From Deltaproteobacteria bacterium UBA4427 (GTDB lineage Bacteria > Myxococcota_A > UBA9160 > UBA4427): 64,000 bases of DNA. Positions within the stretch are counted from its first letter, which is position 1; each line of letters begins with the position of its first letter. The position numbers and the translations under genes were made by a program. The DNA is taken from assembly GCA_002390675.1 (NCBI GenBank), contig DGPZ01000003.1, forward strand, positions 3,165-67,164. The letters run 5' to 3'. Positions 36,056 through 45,006 of this stretch are shown here, piece after piece. The notes under the pieces are model-generated. The model worked only from the letters and a program-made list of their open reading frames with translations. It ran no database searches and had not been told where the DNA came from.

Positions 36056-38964
36056 TCGGATTCTCCCTCAGATTGTTCTGCTACCGCAGCCTGAGCGGCA
36101 GCGAGTCGAGCGAGTGGAACGCGGTACGGCGAACAAGAGACGTAGTCGAGACCGACCTCGGCGAAGAAGCGAACACTTGCGGGGTCACCACCATGTTCGC
36201 CGCAAACGCCGAGCTTCAAATCAGGTCGTGTCTGCCGCCCTCTCTCGACGCCCATGCGAACGAGCTGCCCGATTCCCTCGGTATCGATCGAGACGAAGGG
36301 ATCGGCATCGAGCAGACCACTCTCGACGTAGTCCGGCAAGAAATTGCCAGCATCGTCGCGTGAGAGCGCGTAGCCCATCTGAGTGAGGTCGTTCGTGCCA
36401 AAAGAGAAGAAGTCCGCATACTTCGCGATCATGTCTGCCGTGAGCGCGGCGCGCGGCACTTCGATCATGGTGCCGATGATCGGCTTGACCCGCGTGCCTG
36501 GGTTCTCTCGACGCACTTCGGCGATCACGTCCTCGGCCAGCTTTCGCATACGCTGGAGCTCGGCCTCGTGCGAGACGAGTGGAATCATGATCTCTGGCTT
36601 CACGCGAACGCCGTCCGCCGACGCATTCACGGCGGATTCGGTGATCGCCCGGACCTGCATGGCGTAGATCTCGGGGTAGGTGATTCCGAGACGACACCCA
36701 CGATGCCCGAGCATTGGGTTGAACTCGTGCAAACTCTCGAGCGCGTGCCGGATATCCCCAAGCGAGCGCCCGAGACTGTCGGCAACCGTCTGAATGTCTG
36801 CTTCCGAGTGCGGAAGGAACTCGTGAAGCGGAGGATCAAGCAATCGAACCGTGACCGGCAGCCCGTCCATCGCACGAAAGATTCCCTCGAAGTCACTTCG
36901 CTGCATGGGCAGCAGCTTCGCCAGTGCCTCTTCACGACTTCGGACATCGGTGGCCAGAATCATCTGTCGCACGACGAGAATCCGCGCCGGCTCAAAGAAC
37001 ATGTGCTCGGTTCGGCAGAGCCCAATGCCTTCCGCACCGAAGGAACGCGCGACTTTCGCGTCCTGCGGAGTGTCGGCGTTCGTGCGAACACGCAGCTTTC
37101 GCACCTTGTCGGTCCACTTCATGAGTTCGGTAAACGCGCCGCCCAATTCTGGCAGCACCGTCGCGGCCTCACCGAGCATGACCTCACCGGTCGAACCGTT
37201 CAGCGTCAGGATGTCGCCTTCGCGAACGATATCGTCGCCAATGCGCATCACGCCCTGTTCGTAGTTGATCGCCAGCGCGCCACAGCCCGCGACGCAACAT
37301 TTGCCCATACCCCGCGCAACAACCGCCGCGTGAGACGTCATGCCGCCCTTCGCAGTCAGGATGCCTTCGGCCGCATTCATCCCAACGATGTCTTCGGGGG
37401 AGGTCTCGATGCGAACGAGGATGACCTTCGCGCCACCCTTTGCCTTCGCCTCCGCACCCTCTGCCGAGAAGACGACTTCACCGACCGCTGCCCCTGGAGA
37501 TGCGGGCAAACCTCGCGCGATGACCGGCGGAGCCTTTGATGGATCGATCGTCGGATGCAGGAGCTGGTCGAGTGAATTCGCGTCCACGCGCTGGATCGCT
37601 TCTTTTCGGGTGATCAGCTTCTCTCTTGCCATGTCGACGGCAATCTGAACTGCAGCGCCCGATGTTCGTTTTCCTGCGCGCGTCTGCAGCATCCAGAGCA
37701 CTCCGTCCTGGATCGTAAACTCGATATCTTGCATGTCGCGGTAATGCTTTTCGAGGCGCTTGTAGATCTTGACGAGTTCCTTGTATGCCTTCGGCATCTC
37801 GCCTTCTAGGGTCGGTAGCTTTTTCGTATCCTCGACGCGGCTCTCCTCGTTGATCGGCTGAGGCGTGCGGATCCCAGCGACAACGTCCTCGCCTTGGGCA
37901 TTCTTCAGATATTCGCCGTAGAAATTGCGCTCTCCCGTCGCCGGATTCCGCGTGAAGGCCACGCCCGTCGCACAGTTGTCACCCATATTTCCGAAGACCA
38001 TGGATTGGACATTGACCGCCGTCCCCCAATCATCCGGGATATCGTTCAGGCGGCGATACGCGATTGCTCGCGCATTCTCCCAAGAGCCGAACACGGCACC
38101 TATTGCACCCCAAAGCTGTACCTGGGGATCCTGCGGGAACGGCGCCTGAGTCGCCTCTTGCACGATTTCGAGATAGTCACGCACGACTGCGCGCAAGTCC
38201 GAGCCCGTGAGATCCGTGTCGTCCTGTACTCCGCGAGCTTCTTTAGCGACATCTAAACGATGCTCAAAGCGGTCATGAGGAACGCCTAACACCACGTCGC
38301 CGTACATTTGAATAAATCGGCGATAGCTGTCGAAGGCAAAACGCTCGTCCGCCAGCTTGGCGAGGCCCACAACCGTGTCGTCGTTGAGGCCGAGATTTAG
38401 GACGGTGTCCATCATCCCCGGCATCGAGGCGCGTGCGCCCGATCGGATAGAGACGAGCAGAGGCCGCTCTGGATCCCCGAAGCGCAGGTCCATCAACTGC
38501 TCGACATTCGCCAGAGCCGTCAGCACATCCGCCTTCACTTCCGGCGGCAGCTTCTGCCCACGGCGATTAAAGTCCGCGCAAACGTCGGTCGAGATCGTGA
38601 AACCGGGAGGCACAGGAATACCCAGGGAGGTCATCTCCGCCAGGTTCGCGCCCTTCCCGCCCAAGGTTTCCTTCATCCCGGCATGGCCGTCGGCTTTGCC
38701 TCCGCCGAAAAAGAAAACACGTCTCTGACTTGCAGCCTTCGCGGCAGCGGCCTTAGCGATCTTCGACTTCGCCGAAGCTGGCTTCGGTGTAGAAGCTTTC
38801 TTGGCCATAGCCTTTTTGGCTCGGGTCTTTTTGGCCGGTGCTTTTTTGGCGACGGTCTTCTTCGCGGCGGCTTTCTTATTCGCCGACTTCTTTGCGACCT
38901 TTTTAGCTGCCGGTTTATTCTCTGCCGCCTTCTTAGACCGGGCCGTGGCCTTCCGCGCGCTCAA
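36052..38964 (-). CDS. ppdK: Pyruvate, phosphate dikinase with a Lys/Ala-rich N-terminal extension
   Basis: PPDK motifs are present: LGGKGANLAEM, the phospho-His motif GGMTSHAAVVARG and the catalytic Cys context LGVCGEHGGDP. The PPDK core begins near RRVFFFGGG at about residue 81. Residues ~10-78 are KKAAENKPAAKKVAKKSANKKAAAKKTVAKKAPAKKTRAKKAMAKKAS... The start is either TTG 38964 (overlapping the glyQS stop) or ATG 38808. Confidence 0.9.
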   Translation of the reverse strand: MSARKATARSKKAAENKPAAKKVAKKSANKKAAAKKTVAKKAPAKKTRAKKAMAKKASTPKPASAKSKIAKAAAAKAASQRRVFFFGGGKADGHAGMKETLGGKGANLAEMTSLGIPVPPGFTISTDVCADFNRRGQKLPPEVKADVLTALANVEQLMDLRFGDPERPLLVSIRSGARASMPGMMDTVLNLGLNDDTVVGLAKLADERFAFDSYRRFIQMYGDVVLGVPHDRFEHRLDVAKEARGVQDDTDLTGSDLRAVVRDYLEIVQEATQAPFPQDPQVQLWGAIGAVFGSWENARAIAYRRLNDIPDDWGTAVNVQSMVFGNMGDNCATGVAFTRNPATGERNFYGEYLKNAQGEDVVAGIRTPQPINEESRVEDTKKLPTLEGEMPKAYKELVKIYKRLEKHYRDMQDIEFTIQDGVLWMLQTRAGKRTSGAAVQIAVDMAREKLITRKEAIQRVDANSLDQLLHPTIDPSKAPPVIARGLPASPGAAVGEVVFSAEGAEAKAKGGAKVILVRIETSPEDIVGMNAAEGILTAKGGMTSHAAVVARGMGKCCVAGCGALAINYEQGVMRIGDDIVREGDILTLNGSTGEVMLGEAATVLPELGGAFTELMKWTDKVRKLRVRTNADTPQDAKVARSFGAEGIGLCRTEHMFFEPARILVVRQMILATDVRSREEALAKLLPMQRSDFEGIFRAMDGLPVTVRLLDPPLHEFLPHSEADIQTVADSLGRSLGDIRHALESLHEFNPMLGHRGCRLGITYPEIYAMQVRAITESAVNASADGVRVKPEIMIPLVSHEAELQRMRKLAEDVIAEVRRENPGTRVKPIIGTMIEVPRAALTADMIAKYADFFSFGTNDLTQMGYALSRDDAGNFLPDYVESGLLDADPFVSIDTEGIGQLVRMGVERGRQTRPDLKLGVCGEHGGDPASVRFFAEVGLDYVSCSPYRVPLARLAAAQAAVAEQSEGESD

Positions 38965-40334
38965 AGTCCCGCCTCCAATCGATCCCGGAGCCTATTTGCC
39001 AAGCCTTCAATCGGCACGCGTTCCTGGTTCATCGTGTCGCGCTCTCGCACGGTCACGCATCCGTCATCTTCGGAGTCAAAGTCGTAGGTCACACAGAAAG
39101 GCGTGCCGACTTCATCCTGACGGCGATAGCGCCGGCCAATATTTCCGGCATCGTCATAGGAAGTATTAAACAGCCCGCAAAGCGTCTTATTCAGCGCCTT
39201 AGCCGGCTCAGCCAACTTCTTTGACAGCGGCAGAACCGCCACTTTAATTGGCGCCAGCGTCGGGTGGAAGCGCATCACAGTGCGCTCTTCGCCGCCCTCG
39301 AGCTGCTCGTTGCTATAGGCAGCCACGAGCAATGCCAGGGTCGTGCGATCGATGCCCACTGATGTCTCGATACACATCGGCATGAAGCGTTCTTTGGTTT
39401 GCTCGTCCGTAATCCCGAGTTCCTTGCCGGAATATTCGGTGTGCCGGGACAGGTCCCAGTCGCCACGGTCATGAATGCCTTCGATTTCCTGCCATCCAAA
39501 GGGGAAGAGGAATTCGATGTCGTCCGCGGCATTCGCATAATGTGCGAGTTCGTCGGCGGCATGAGGACGGGTTCGCAGGAGCGAATCGTCTATCCCGATA
39601 TCGCGATGGAACTGGAGACGATATTCGCGCCAATGCTCGAACCACTTCTCCCGCTCAGACGGATGGCAGAAGAACTCCATTTCGGCCTGTTCGAATTCGC
39701 GACTCCGGAACGTGAAGTTCCGTGGCGTGATCTCGTTTCGGAAAGCCTTGCCTACCTGCGCAATGCCAAAGGGGACCTTCTGGCGAGCCGATTCACGGAC
39801 TCGCTTAAAACCGCTGAAAATTGGCTGGCAGGTTTCAGGTCGCAAGAACGCAGTGGTCGACTCATCAACGGAGGCGCCTAGCTGCGTCGACAACATCAAG
39901 TTGAAGTCACGAGCCTCGGTAAAATCGTGGCTTCGGTCGGCGTCTTTCTTGGTCGTCGCCGAGCATTTTTCGTCCGGGATCTGATCCGCACGAAAGCGTT
40001 TGTTGCACCGTCGACAATCGACCATCGGGTCACTGAAATTATCGACGTGACCGGAAGCTTCCCAGGTCCGCGGATGCGAGATGATGGCGCTGTCGACACC
40101 GACAACGTCTTCACGCTCGCGCACCATTCGGCGCCACCAGAATTGCTTCAGGTTATTTTTGAGTTCGACACCCAGCGGGCCGTAGTCCCAAAATCCTGCG
40201 ATGCCGCCATAGATCTCGCTGGCTGGATAAATGAAACCGCGAGCTGCGCAAAGGGAGACGAGCGTCTCCATAGCAAGAGGGTGGCGCTTCCTACCCTCGT
40301 CGGAGGAAGAAGCATCTATAGAAGTGTCGGACAT
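38961..40334 (-). CDS. glyQS: Glycine--tRNA ligase (single-chain dimeric GlyQS type)
   Basis: It has class II motif 2 (FRNEITPRNFTFRSREFEQAEMEFF) and a C-terminal anticodon-binding domain (IKVAVLPL...GRRYRRQDEVGTPFCVTYD). The protein is 457 aa. Confidence 0.9.
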   Translation of the reverse strand: MSDTSIDASSSDEGRKRHPLAMETLVSLCAARGFIYPASEIYGGIAGFWDYGPLGVELKNNLKQFWWRRMVREREDVVGVDSAIISHPRTWEASGHVDNFSDPMVDCRRCNKRFRADQIPDEKCSATTKKDADRSHDFTEARDFNLMLSTQLGASVDESTTAFLRPETCQPIFSGFKRVRESARQKVPFGIAQVGKAFRNEITPRNFTFRSREFEQAEMEFFCHPSEREKWFEHWREYRLQFHRDIGIDDSLLRTRPHAADELAHYANAADDIEFLFPFGWQEIEGIHDRGDWDLSRHTEYSGKELGITDEQTKERFMPMCIETSVGIDRTTLALLVAAYSNEQLEGGEERTVMRFHPTLAPIKVAVLPLSKKLAEPAKALNKTLCGLFNTSYDDAGNIGRRYRRQDEVGTPFCVTYDFDSEDDGCVTVRERDTMNQERVPIEGLANRLRDRLEAGL

Positions 40335-40690
40335 GTCGGTTTTTGAGATCCTGATGCAGAAAGACGCTGGTCGGGGCCCTTCTACTTACGAGTATTTTGA
40401 TGGCCCAGTGGTTCAACGATTCAGTGATGAAGGTTCGGGCATTTTCATCATGCTCTGCTTCCGCGGGGAGCTTTGGAGCGAATTCCCCTGCCGAAAAGAA
40501 AGCAAACCCCCTCCGTGGATCGGCCGGGTGGCTGGAGCGCCGAAGTATCCCTTATTCCCGTCGAACGGTCGAGGATGGGAACAAGCTGCAACGAATCGCT
40601 GCCTTGGGTAGCCTCACGGATGTCACACGAATCAGGCCGAGGTACGCATGGGCCTCAGCTGCGGCACTCAAATGAAAGGCGAAAGCGAAA

Positions 40691-40957
40691 ATGGTCGAAA
40701 AGGTAAAGGAGTTCGGGGATGCCCTCGGTGTCGCATGGGCGTTCTTCCAGGACGAATCGGGTCAACTCACCCTACTGGCATGCCTTTTCCTGGCGAGCCT
40801 CGCACTTGCCACGGCATACCGCTGCTTCCAGGCGATGAAGCCCGCGATCGAAGAGAAGCTTCCCAGCGTGATCGCTGCCGGATCCGCCGTGACCTTCGTA
40901 TTCAGCTTCGTCGGCATCTTCTTCCTAGTGCAGGCCGCTTCGCGAATCTCCGGCTAA
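40691..40957 (+). CDS. Small two-TM membrane protein (hypothetical)
   Basis: It is 88 aa with two hydrophobic helices (LTLLACLFLASLALATAY and AAGSAVTFVFSFVGIFFLV). Third codon positions are G/C-rich like the neighbouring genes. The Shine-Dalgarno sequence is weak. Confidence 0.5.
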   Translation: MVEKVKEFGDALGVAWAFFQDESGQLTLLACLFLASLALATAYRCFQAMKPAIEEKLPSVIAAGSAVTFVFSFVGIFFLVQAASRISG

Positions 40958-40983
40958 GCATTGATGTACAAGTTGGCTGGCAC

Positions 40984-41000
40984 CTGAGTCAGGGACTCAG
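40984..41000. terminator. Short hairpin between convergent genes (possible bidirectional terminator)
   Basis: CTGAGTC-agg-GACTCAG forms a 7-bp stem with a 3-nt loop. It lies between the stop of the 40691..40957 gene and the recO stop (41011). There is no clear U-tract. Confidence 0.3.
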
Positions 41001-41010
41001 CCTAATTCGG

Positions 41011-41832
41011 CTATGAGGCACTCACTGGATCGGGAGCGGATTTCGCCGCATGGGCCACAGGAAGTACCTCGTCGAGAAAGCGCTCGCTCCGAAGTTCGAC
41101 GCCAACATGGAAGCGCTGAAAACGAAACACGACGCGGCCCGCCTGAGCGAGCATGCGGGCATCCAGCGCAATTCCCGGTAGCTCTTCAATATCCGCGCTA
41201 AGTCCACGATCGAGCGCGCGCAAGCTTCCCCGCTCAATCGGAATCAAGCCATCCAGCCGCATCGCGCAAGCCGTGCAAGCAATTCCACCATCCGCAACAT
41301 GAAAGTGGATGCGATGATCCGCGGCAATATCCTCCCCTGCCACGCGACCACATCGAACACATCTCCCAAATTCAGGCCGCAGCCCCAGCGCGTCGAGACC
41401 GCGTAGCTCCAACAACAACCGAAGCGAAGCCGTCGGCTCGACTCGCGAAAGCAACGAGAGACTATCCGAAGCGAAGCCGAATAGTCGCGCAGCCTCTTCA
41501 CCCACGATTCCTTCGGGGGCCAGCCGATCGAGCATCTCAATCAAGAAACTCGCAAGCGCATAACGCCCAGGGATTACCCGAATGCCCAAGTAGGGATCAA
41601 TTAGTCGCGCGCGCTCAAGAAATGCCATTGCGGCGCGGGGCTTTACTCGGCCTTCGATCGCAAGTCGGTTAAAAACATCCAGAGTGCCCGGAAAGCGGCG
41701 CTTGCTACGACGTGCCGCCTTCGCAATCGCTGTCAGCCGTCCCCCGCTCTCGGTCAAGACGTGGACAATTCGATCGGATTCGCCGTAATCCACTGCTCGC
41801 AGCAGGATCGCTTCACATCGAATCGCTGCCAC
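41011..41832 (-). CDS. recO: DNA repair protein RecO
   Basis: The N-terminal OB-fold region is EAILLRAVDYGESDRIVHVLTESGGRLTAIAKAARRSKRRF. The zinc motif is CVRCGRV...CTAC. Confidence 0.88.
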   Translation of the reverse strand: MAAIRCEAILLRAVDYGESDRIVHVLTESGGRLTAIAKAARRSKRRFPGTLDVFNRLAIEGRVKPRAAMAFLERARLIDPYLGIRVIPGRYALASFLIEMLDRLAPEGIVGEEAARLFGFASDSLSLLSRVEPTASLRLLLELRGLDALGLRPEFGRCVRCGRVAGEDIAADHRIHFHVADGGIACTACAMRLDGLIPIERGSLRALDRGLSADIEELPGIALDARMLAQAGRVVFRFQRFHVGVELRSERFLDEVLPVAHAAKSAPDPVSAS

Positions 41833-41840
41833 CGCGCGAA

Positions 41841-42581
41841 CTAGCGATCGAGCGCGACGGCAGTCGCCGCGAGGTCCGGTGAAAGCGCAGAAGGAAGCGC
41901 GGCAGGAGGCGCTGAATGAGATATGGAGAGTGGCGCCAGCCCCTGCGTGTTCTCAGGCAAGAGCATCGCTCCGGTTCGATCGGTGCGAGACCCTTCGGCC
42001 GGATCGATTTCAAGGGACGGGTCCACTTCTGCGCCGGTCGCTTCCGCCAAGGCACGAACAGGATCTCGCCAGATCACAACGGCGCGGTCAGGATCATCGT
42101 CCGCGGCCCCGACGAGCACGTTCCATCCCGCTCGAGCGACCACGAAGCCCGTCGCGCATAACACGAGAAGCGTTCCTGCCACCACTATTTGTTTAAGCCT
42201 ACGTGAAGACGAATGGCGTTCCCAAACGCCTGGCCCCGGCTCCTGAAGCATGCGGGAGATCGCATCGTCAACATCGAGCCCCAAAGCGATCGCGACCGTC
42301 CGTACAAAGCCCCTCGCAAAGCCATCGGTCTCACCGTCGAACTCGCCGCGCTCAAGGCGCTCGAGCGAACGTAACGGAATCCGAGTCGAGGCGCTGAGTT
42401 CTTCGATCGAGACGTCACGCAGGCGACGCTGAGACCGGAGGTACTCGCCGATAGGGGCGGTCACGAAGGTTTCAGCCGCAGCAGGGCTCGGCTCGCGGTC
42501 CATATTCGAACGCAGCGGCGGCGGCACGCTTGGCCCTGCCGCCACGGATCCGACGTCCGAATTTGTATCTCGTTCAATCAT
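41841..42581 (-). CDS. rodZ: RodZ-like cytoskeleton protein (HTH_25 domain, TM helix, periplasmic C-terminus)
   Basis: The HTH is IGEYLRSQRRLRDVSIEELSASTRIPLRSLERLERGEF...GFVRTVAIALGLD. The TM helix is IVVAGTLLVLCATGFVVA. I prefer the start at ATG 42581, though GTG 42596 is possible. Confidence 0.75.
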   Translation of the reverse strand: MIERDTNSDVGSVAAGPSVPPPLRSNMDREPSPAAAETFVTAPIGEYLRSQRRLRDVSIEELSASTRIPLRSLERLERGEFDGETDGFARGFVRTVAIALGLDVDDAISRMLQEPGPGVWERHSSSRRLKQIVVAGTLLVLCATGFVVARAGWNVLVGAADDDPDRAVVIWRDPVRALAEATGAEVDPSLEIDPAEGSRTDRTGAMLLPENTQGLAPLSISHSAPPAALPSALSPDLAATAVALDR

Positions 42582-42632
42582 GCTCACCCCGATCACTGCA
42601 GAGTAGCAGCGAGGGCGAAACGTCGAATGGGA

Positions 42633-43460
42633 TCAGCGCAGGAGATCTAGATAGGCCTGCGACTGGGATCCCCAATCGTCCCCGGGTGCAATTTTGGCCG
42701 CCTGCTTGAAGTGCTCCACTGCTTTAGCTCGAGCCCCAAGAGCGACGTAAAGCTCGCCCAATCGGTAATTTGCCTCGGCGTGGCCGGAACCGTTCAAACG
42801 ACGCGACGCGAGCGCCTTATCGAACATCTTGATCGCGGCGAGGCGATGCCCCTCCTTACTTTCAAGAATGCCGAGGTTCATCAAAGCCGGGCCAAATCTC
42901 GAATAGAAGCCGAGAGCCCGTTCAAAGCGACTTCGTGCCTCATCGAGGCGCCCCAGCTTCATGAGCGCCCAACCGCAATTCGAAAGTGGCCGCCACGGTG
43001 TGGAGAATGTCGGGTCTTCTGCCAGAGCGTCGCAATGCGGAACCGCGTCCGCATAGCGCCCCATCTGCGAAAGCAGAGCAGAGAGATTCAGTCGAGCCTC
43101 CTGCGCCGCACGCGCATCTTTGCGACCGCCGGCGAGCTCCAGAGCATCCAACAAGAAGGCCTCTGCTCTTACAGTCTGTCCCTTGCGGCGGTAGGCCTCT
43201 CCAAGCCAGAGGTGAGTCTGGGGATCTTCCGCATCCATCTCCAAGGACGCAGTCAGTTGAAGAATGGCCATACCCGTTCGATTCGTCGACAGATAGTCGA
43301 TACCTAGATCGCGCTTCGCGCGAGCTTGCGAGACCTGTGGCTCCTCTTCCGAGGAGTAGGTGGTCGCACAGCCGCCGAGAGAAGCGATGCAGAGCGCAGC
43401 TAAGGCCAACAGCGTTCCTCGCAGAGCCTTTGGTTGGCTGTCGGTTCGGTTCTCGATCAT
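42633..43460 (-). CDS. TPR-repeat lipoprotein of the PilF/PilW/Tgl type (type IV pilus secretin pilotin-like)
   Basis: I place the start at ATG 43460, with GGAGAG 6 nt upstream. The lipobox is LAALCIASLGGC|ATT. There are about six TPR repeats. It lies immediately upstream of rodZ, like pilW in gammaproteobacteria. Confidence 0.65.
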   Translation of the reverse strand: MIENRTDSQPKALRGTLLALAALCIASLGGCATTYSSEEEPQVSQARAKRDLGIDYLSTNRTGMAILQLTASLEMDAEDPQTHLWLGEAYRRKGQTVRAEAFLLDALELAGGRKDARAAQEARLNLSALLSQMGRYADAVPHCDALAEDPTFSTPWRPLSNCGWALMKLGRLDEARSRFERALGFYSRFGPALMNLGILESKEGHRLAAIKMFDKALASRRLNGSGHAEANYRLGELYVALGARAKAVEHFKQAAKIAPGDDWGSQSQAYLDLLR

Positions 43461-43507
43461 GGGATGCTCTCCATTGGGGGTGGAATGAGGAACGTGACTC
43501 GGCGAGC

Positions 43508-44641
43508 TCAAAAATTCGCCAACAATCGCGCGAGATAAGAAACGCGATTCGAGCCATTTCGTCCTTTTCGCACGCGTAAAAGAGGAATCCGGCCGAGTTC
43601 ATTCGCCCCGCAACCGGTTGAATTGCGGACTTCAACCTCTTCTGATTCTTCAGCCGCGACAGCCTCGTCAAGGTGTCGGAACTTCGAAAGTTTCTGAGCC
43701 TGAGCCGGTTCCGGAGCCGACGCGGCGGACGGGGAATCGACTGGCAAGACGGACGTTATGGGCTGTGGCCGCTGTGAATCTCCGGGGCTGGGCATCGACA
43801 GCCCCGCTCTCAGTGCGACCGCAGGCGGAGTCAGTTGCTTTGCGGCCGCCGTCTTGCTGACCGACACAGGTTTTGACGTAGAGGAATGCTTCGAAGCGAC
43901 GGATTGCTGAGCCGGCAACGCACCCCGCGCAGGCTGAGCCGAAACCTTGACCGCCTCGTCCAAGTAAATTTCTTCGAGCGTTGTATCGACAGGCTCGACG
44001 AGAACGAGATCGACTACTTCCTCGAGCACCAACTCGTCCGCTTCCAAATGCAATTGGGCCCGTGAAGGCGAAGCAGAGGCGGGGGGTAGCTCTCGCACCG
44101 GTCCGGTGGTGGCCACTGGCTCCGGTTCGACGGTTTTCACTGCTGGAGGCATCTCGACCTCCCCCATCAAGCCCCCCCACAGCTCCATTGCCTGAAGGCG
44201 CCCCTGCCCGTCCTTGGCGGCGGCGATCACATCCTCATCGAACAAGAATCCCATCCGTTCCGCCTCAGCGAGAGCAGGCTCGAGGGCATCTGGGATCGTC
44301 ACATCAGGCGCGATCGATTCCTGGTTCCGGAACACGGCGACCCGCCCCGCTTCGTTGGAGCGAATACCCAAAGCCAGGCCAATGCCACCCCATTCTTCGG
44401 CAAATACGACGATCGCGGCTCGAGCTGGGCCCACGGGCAGAAAACCGACATTCAGCACCGGCGCGTTTAGCGCAGGACGCAGAGCCAGCAAACTTGCTTC
44501 GGATAGCGGGAGTGGTTCGGACAGACGTCGGAACATGAGCGTGACATCGGCCTCCCAGCCAAAATCTTGAGCCCCTGCCGCCGGCAGCGAATCAACGGAA
44601 CCCCGCGATGTATCGCTCGTTTTCGGATCAACAAATCGCAT
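43508..44641 (-). CDS. Hypothetical protein (globular N-domain, acidic/Pro-Ser-rich linker, basic C-terminus)
   Basis: It is a 377-aa ORF. Its stop at 43508 lies 47 nt upstream of the preferred ATG 43460 of the TPR lipoprotein gene, and overlaps only the alternative TTG start at 43511. I recognise no motif. Confidence 0.5.
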   Translation of the reverse strand: MRFVDPKTSDTSRGSVDSLPAAGAQDFGWEADVTLMFRRLSEPLPLSEASLLALRPALNAPVLNVGFLPVGPARAAIVVFAEEWGGIGLALGIRSNEAGRVAVFRNQESIAPDVTIPDALEPALAEAERMGFLFDEDVIAAAKDGQGRLQAMELWGGLMGEVEMPPAVKTVEPEPVATTGPVRELPPASASPSRAQLHLEADELVLEEVVDLVLVEPVDTTLEEIYLDEAVKVSAQPARGALPAQQSVASKHSSTSKPVSVSKTAAAKQLTPPAVALRAGLSMPSPGDSQRPQPITSVLPVDSPSAASAPEPAQAQKLSKFRHLDEAVAAEESEEVEVRNSTGCGANELGRIPLLRVRKGRNGSNRVSYLARLLANF

Positions 44642-45006
44642 TCCCAGGTTCTCGACAGGGCTTTCGCCCTCGCACCAGCGGGATACACTTCTCCCCGACC
44701 TAAGGCTCTGACGCGGCGGCGGAGATCATTGCCAGCGGCAACGCAAAAACACATTGCGAAATAGAGCCGCCTGAAAACCGGACCCGATTTTTGAAGATTC
44801 CACTCTTGCTGACTTGAACCCAACAGACTCGGATCCATTTTTCGTAACTGCCTCGCACCCGAACCCAGCGCAAACAAGACCTGAGAAACTGGCGACGAAC
44901 GCCCGAACGACTGATCGAAATTCTCAGCAAGCTCCAATAACTGCCTCTTAACACCTCAAAAAAAAACGCCTCAAGATGCTAGAAATTCCCGCCTAACTCA
45001 GGGCCG

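Noticed and set aside
36568-37539. A 323-aa plus-strand ORF inside ppdK. Similar long antisense ORFs occur at 51564..52427 (287 aa, in sucC), 1412..2053, 11206..11814, 13033..13665, 42711..43307, 42986..43579 and 55137..55853.
   Set aside because: All are antisense or out-of-frame shadows of genes with strong family motifs. Their compositions are Arg/Pro/Ser-biased, and none has a recognisable domain.
40395-40455. A tRNA-like fragment (AGTGGTTCAACG ... GGTTCGGGC).
   Set aside because: I could not build an acceptor stem or an anticodon arm, and the T-stem would need two G-U pairs. It is most likely chance similarity.
40470-40560. A glycine-riboswitch-like word pattern (TGGAGCG...GCCGAAAAGAAAGCAA and GCTGGAGCGCCGAAG).
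   Set aside because: Only fragments of the consensus are present. The spacing and the P1/P3 pairings do not fit, and the downstream gene is a tiny membrane protein unrelated to glycine metabolism.
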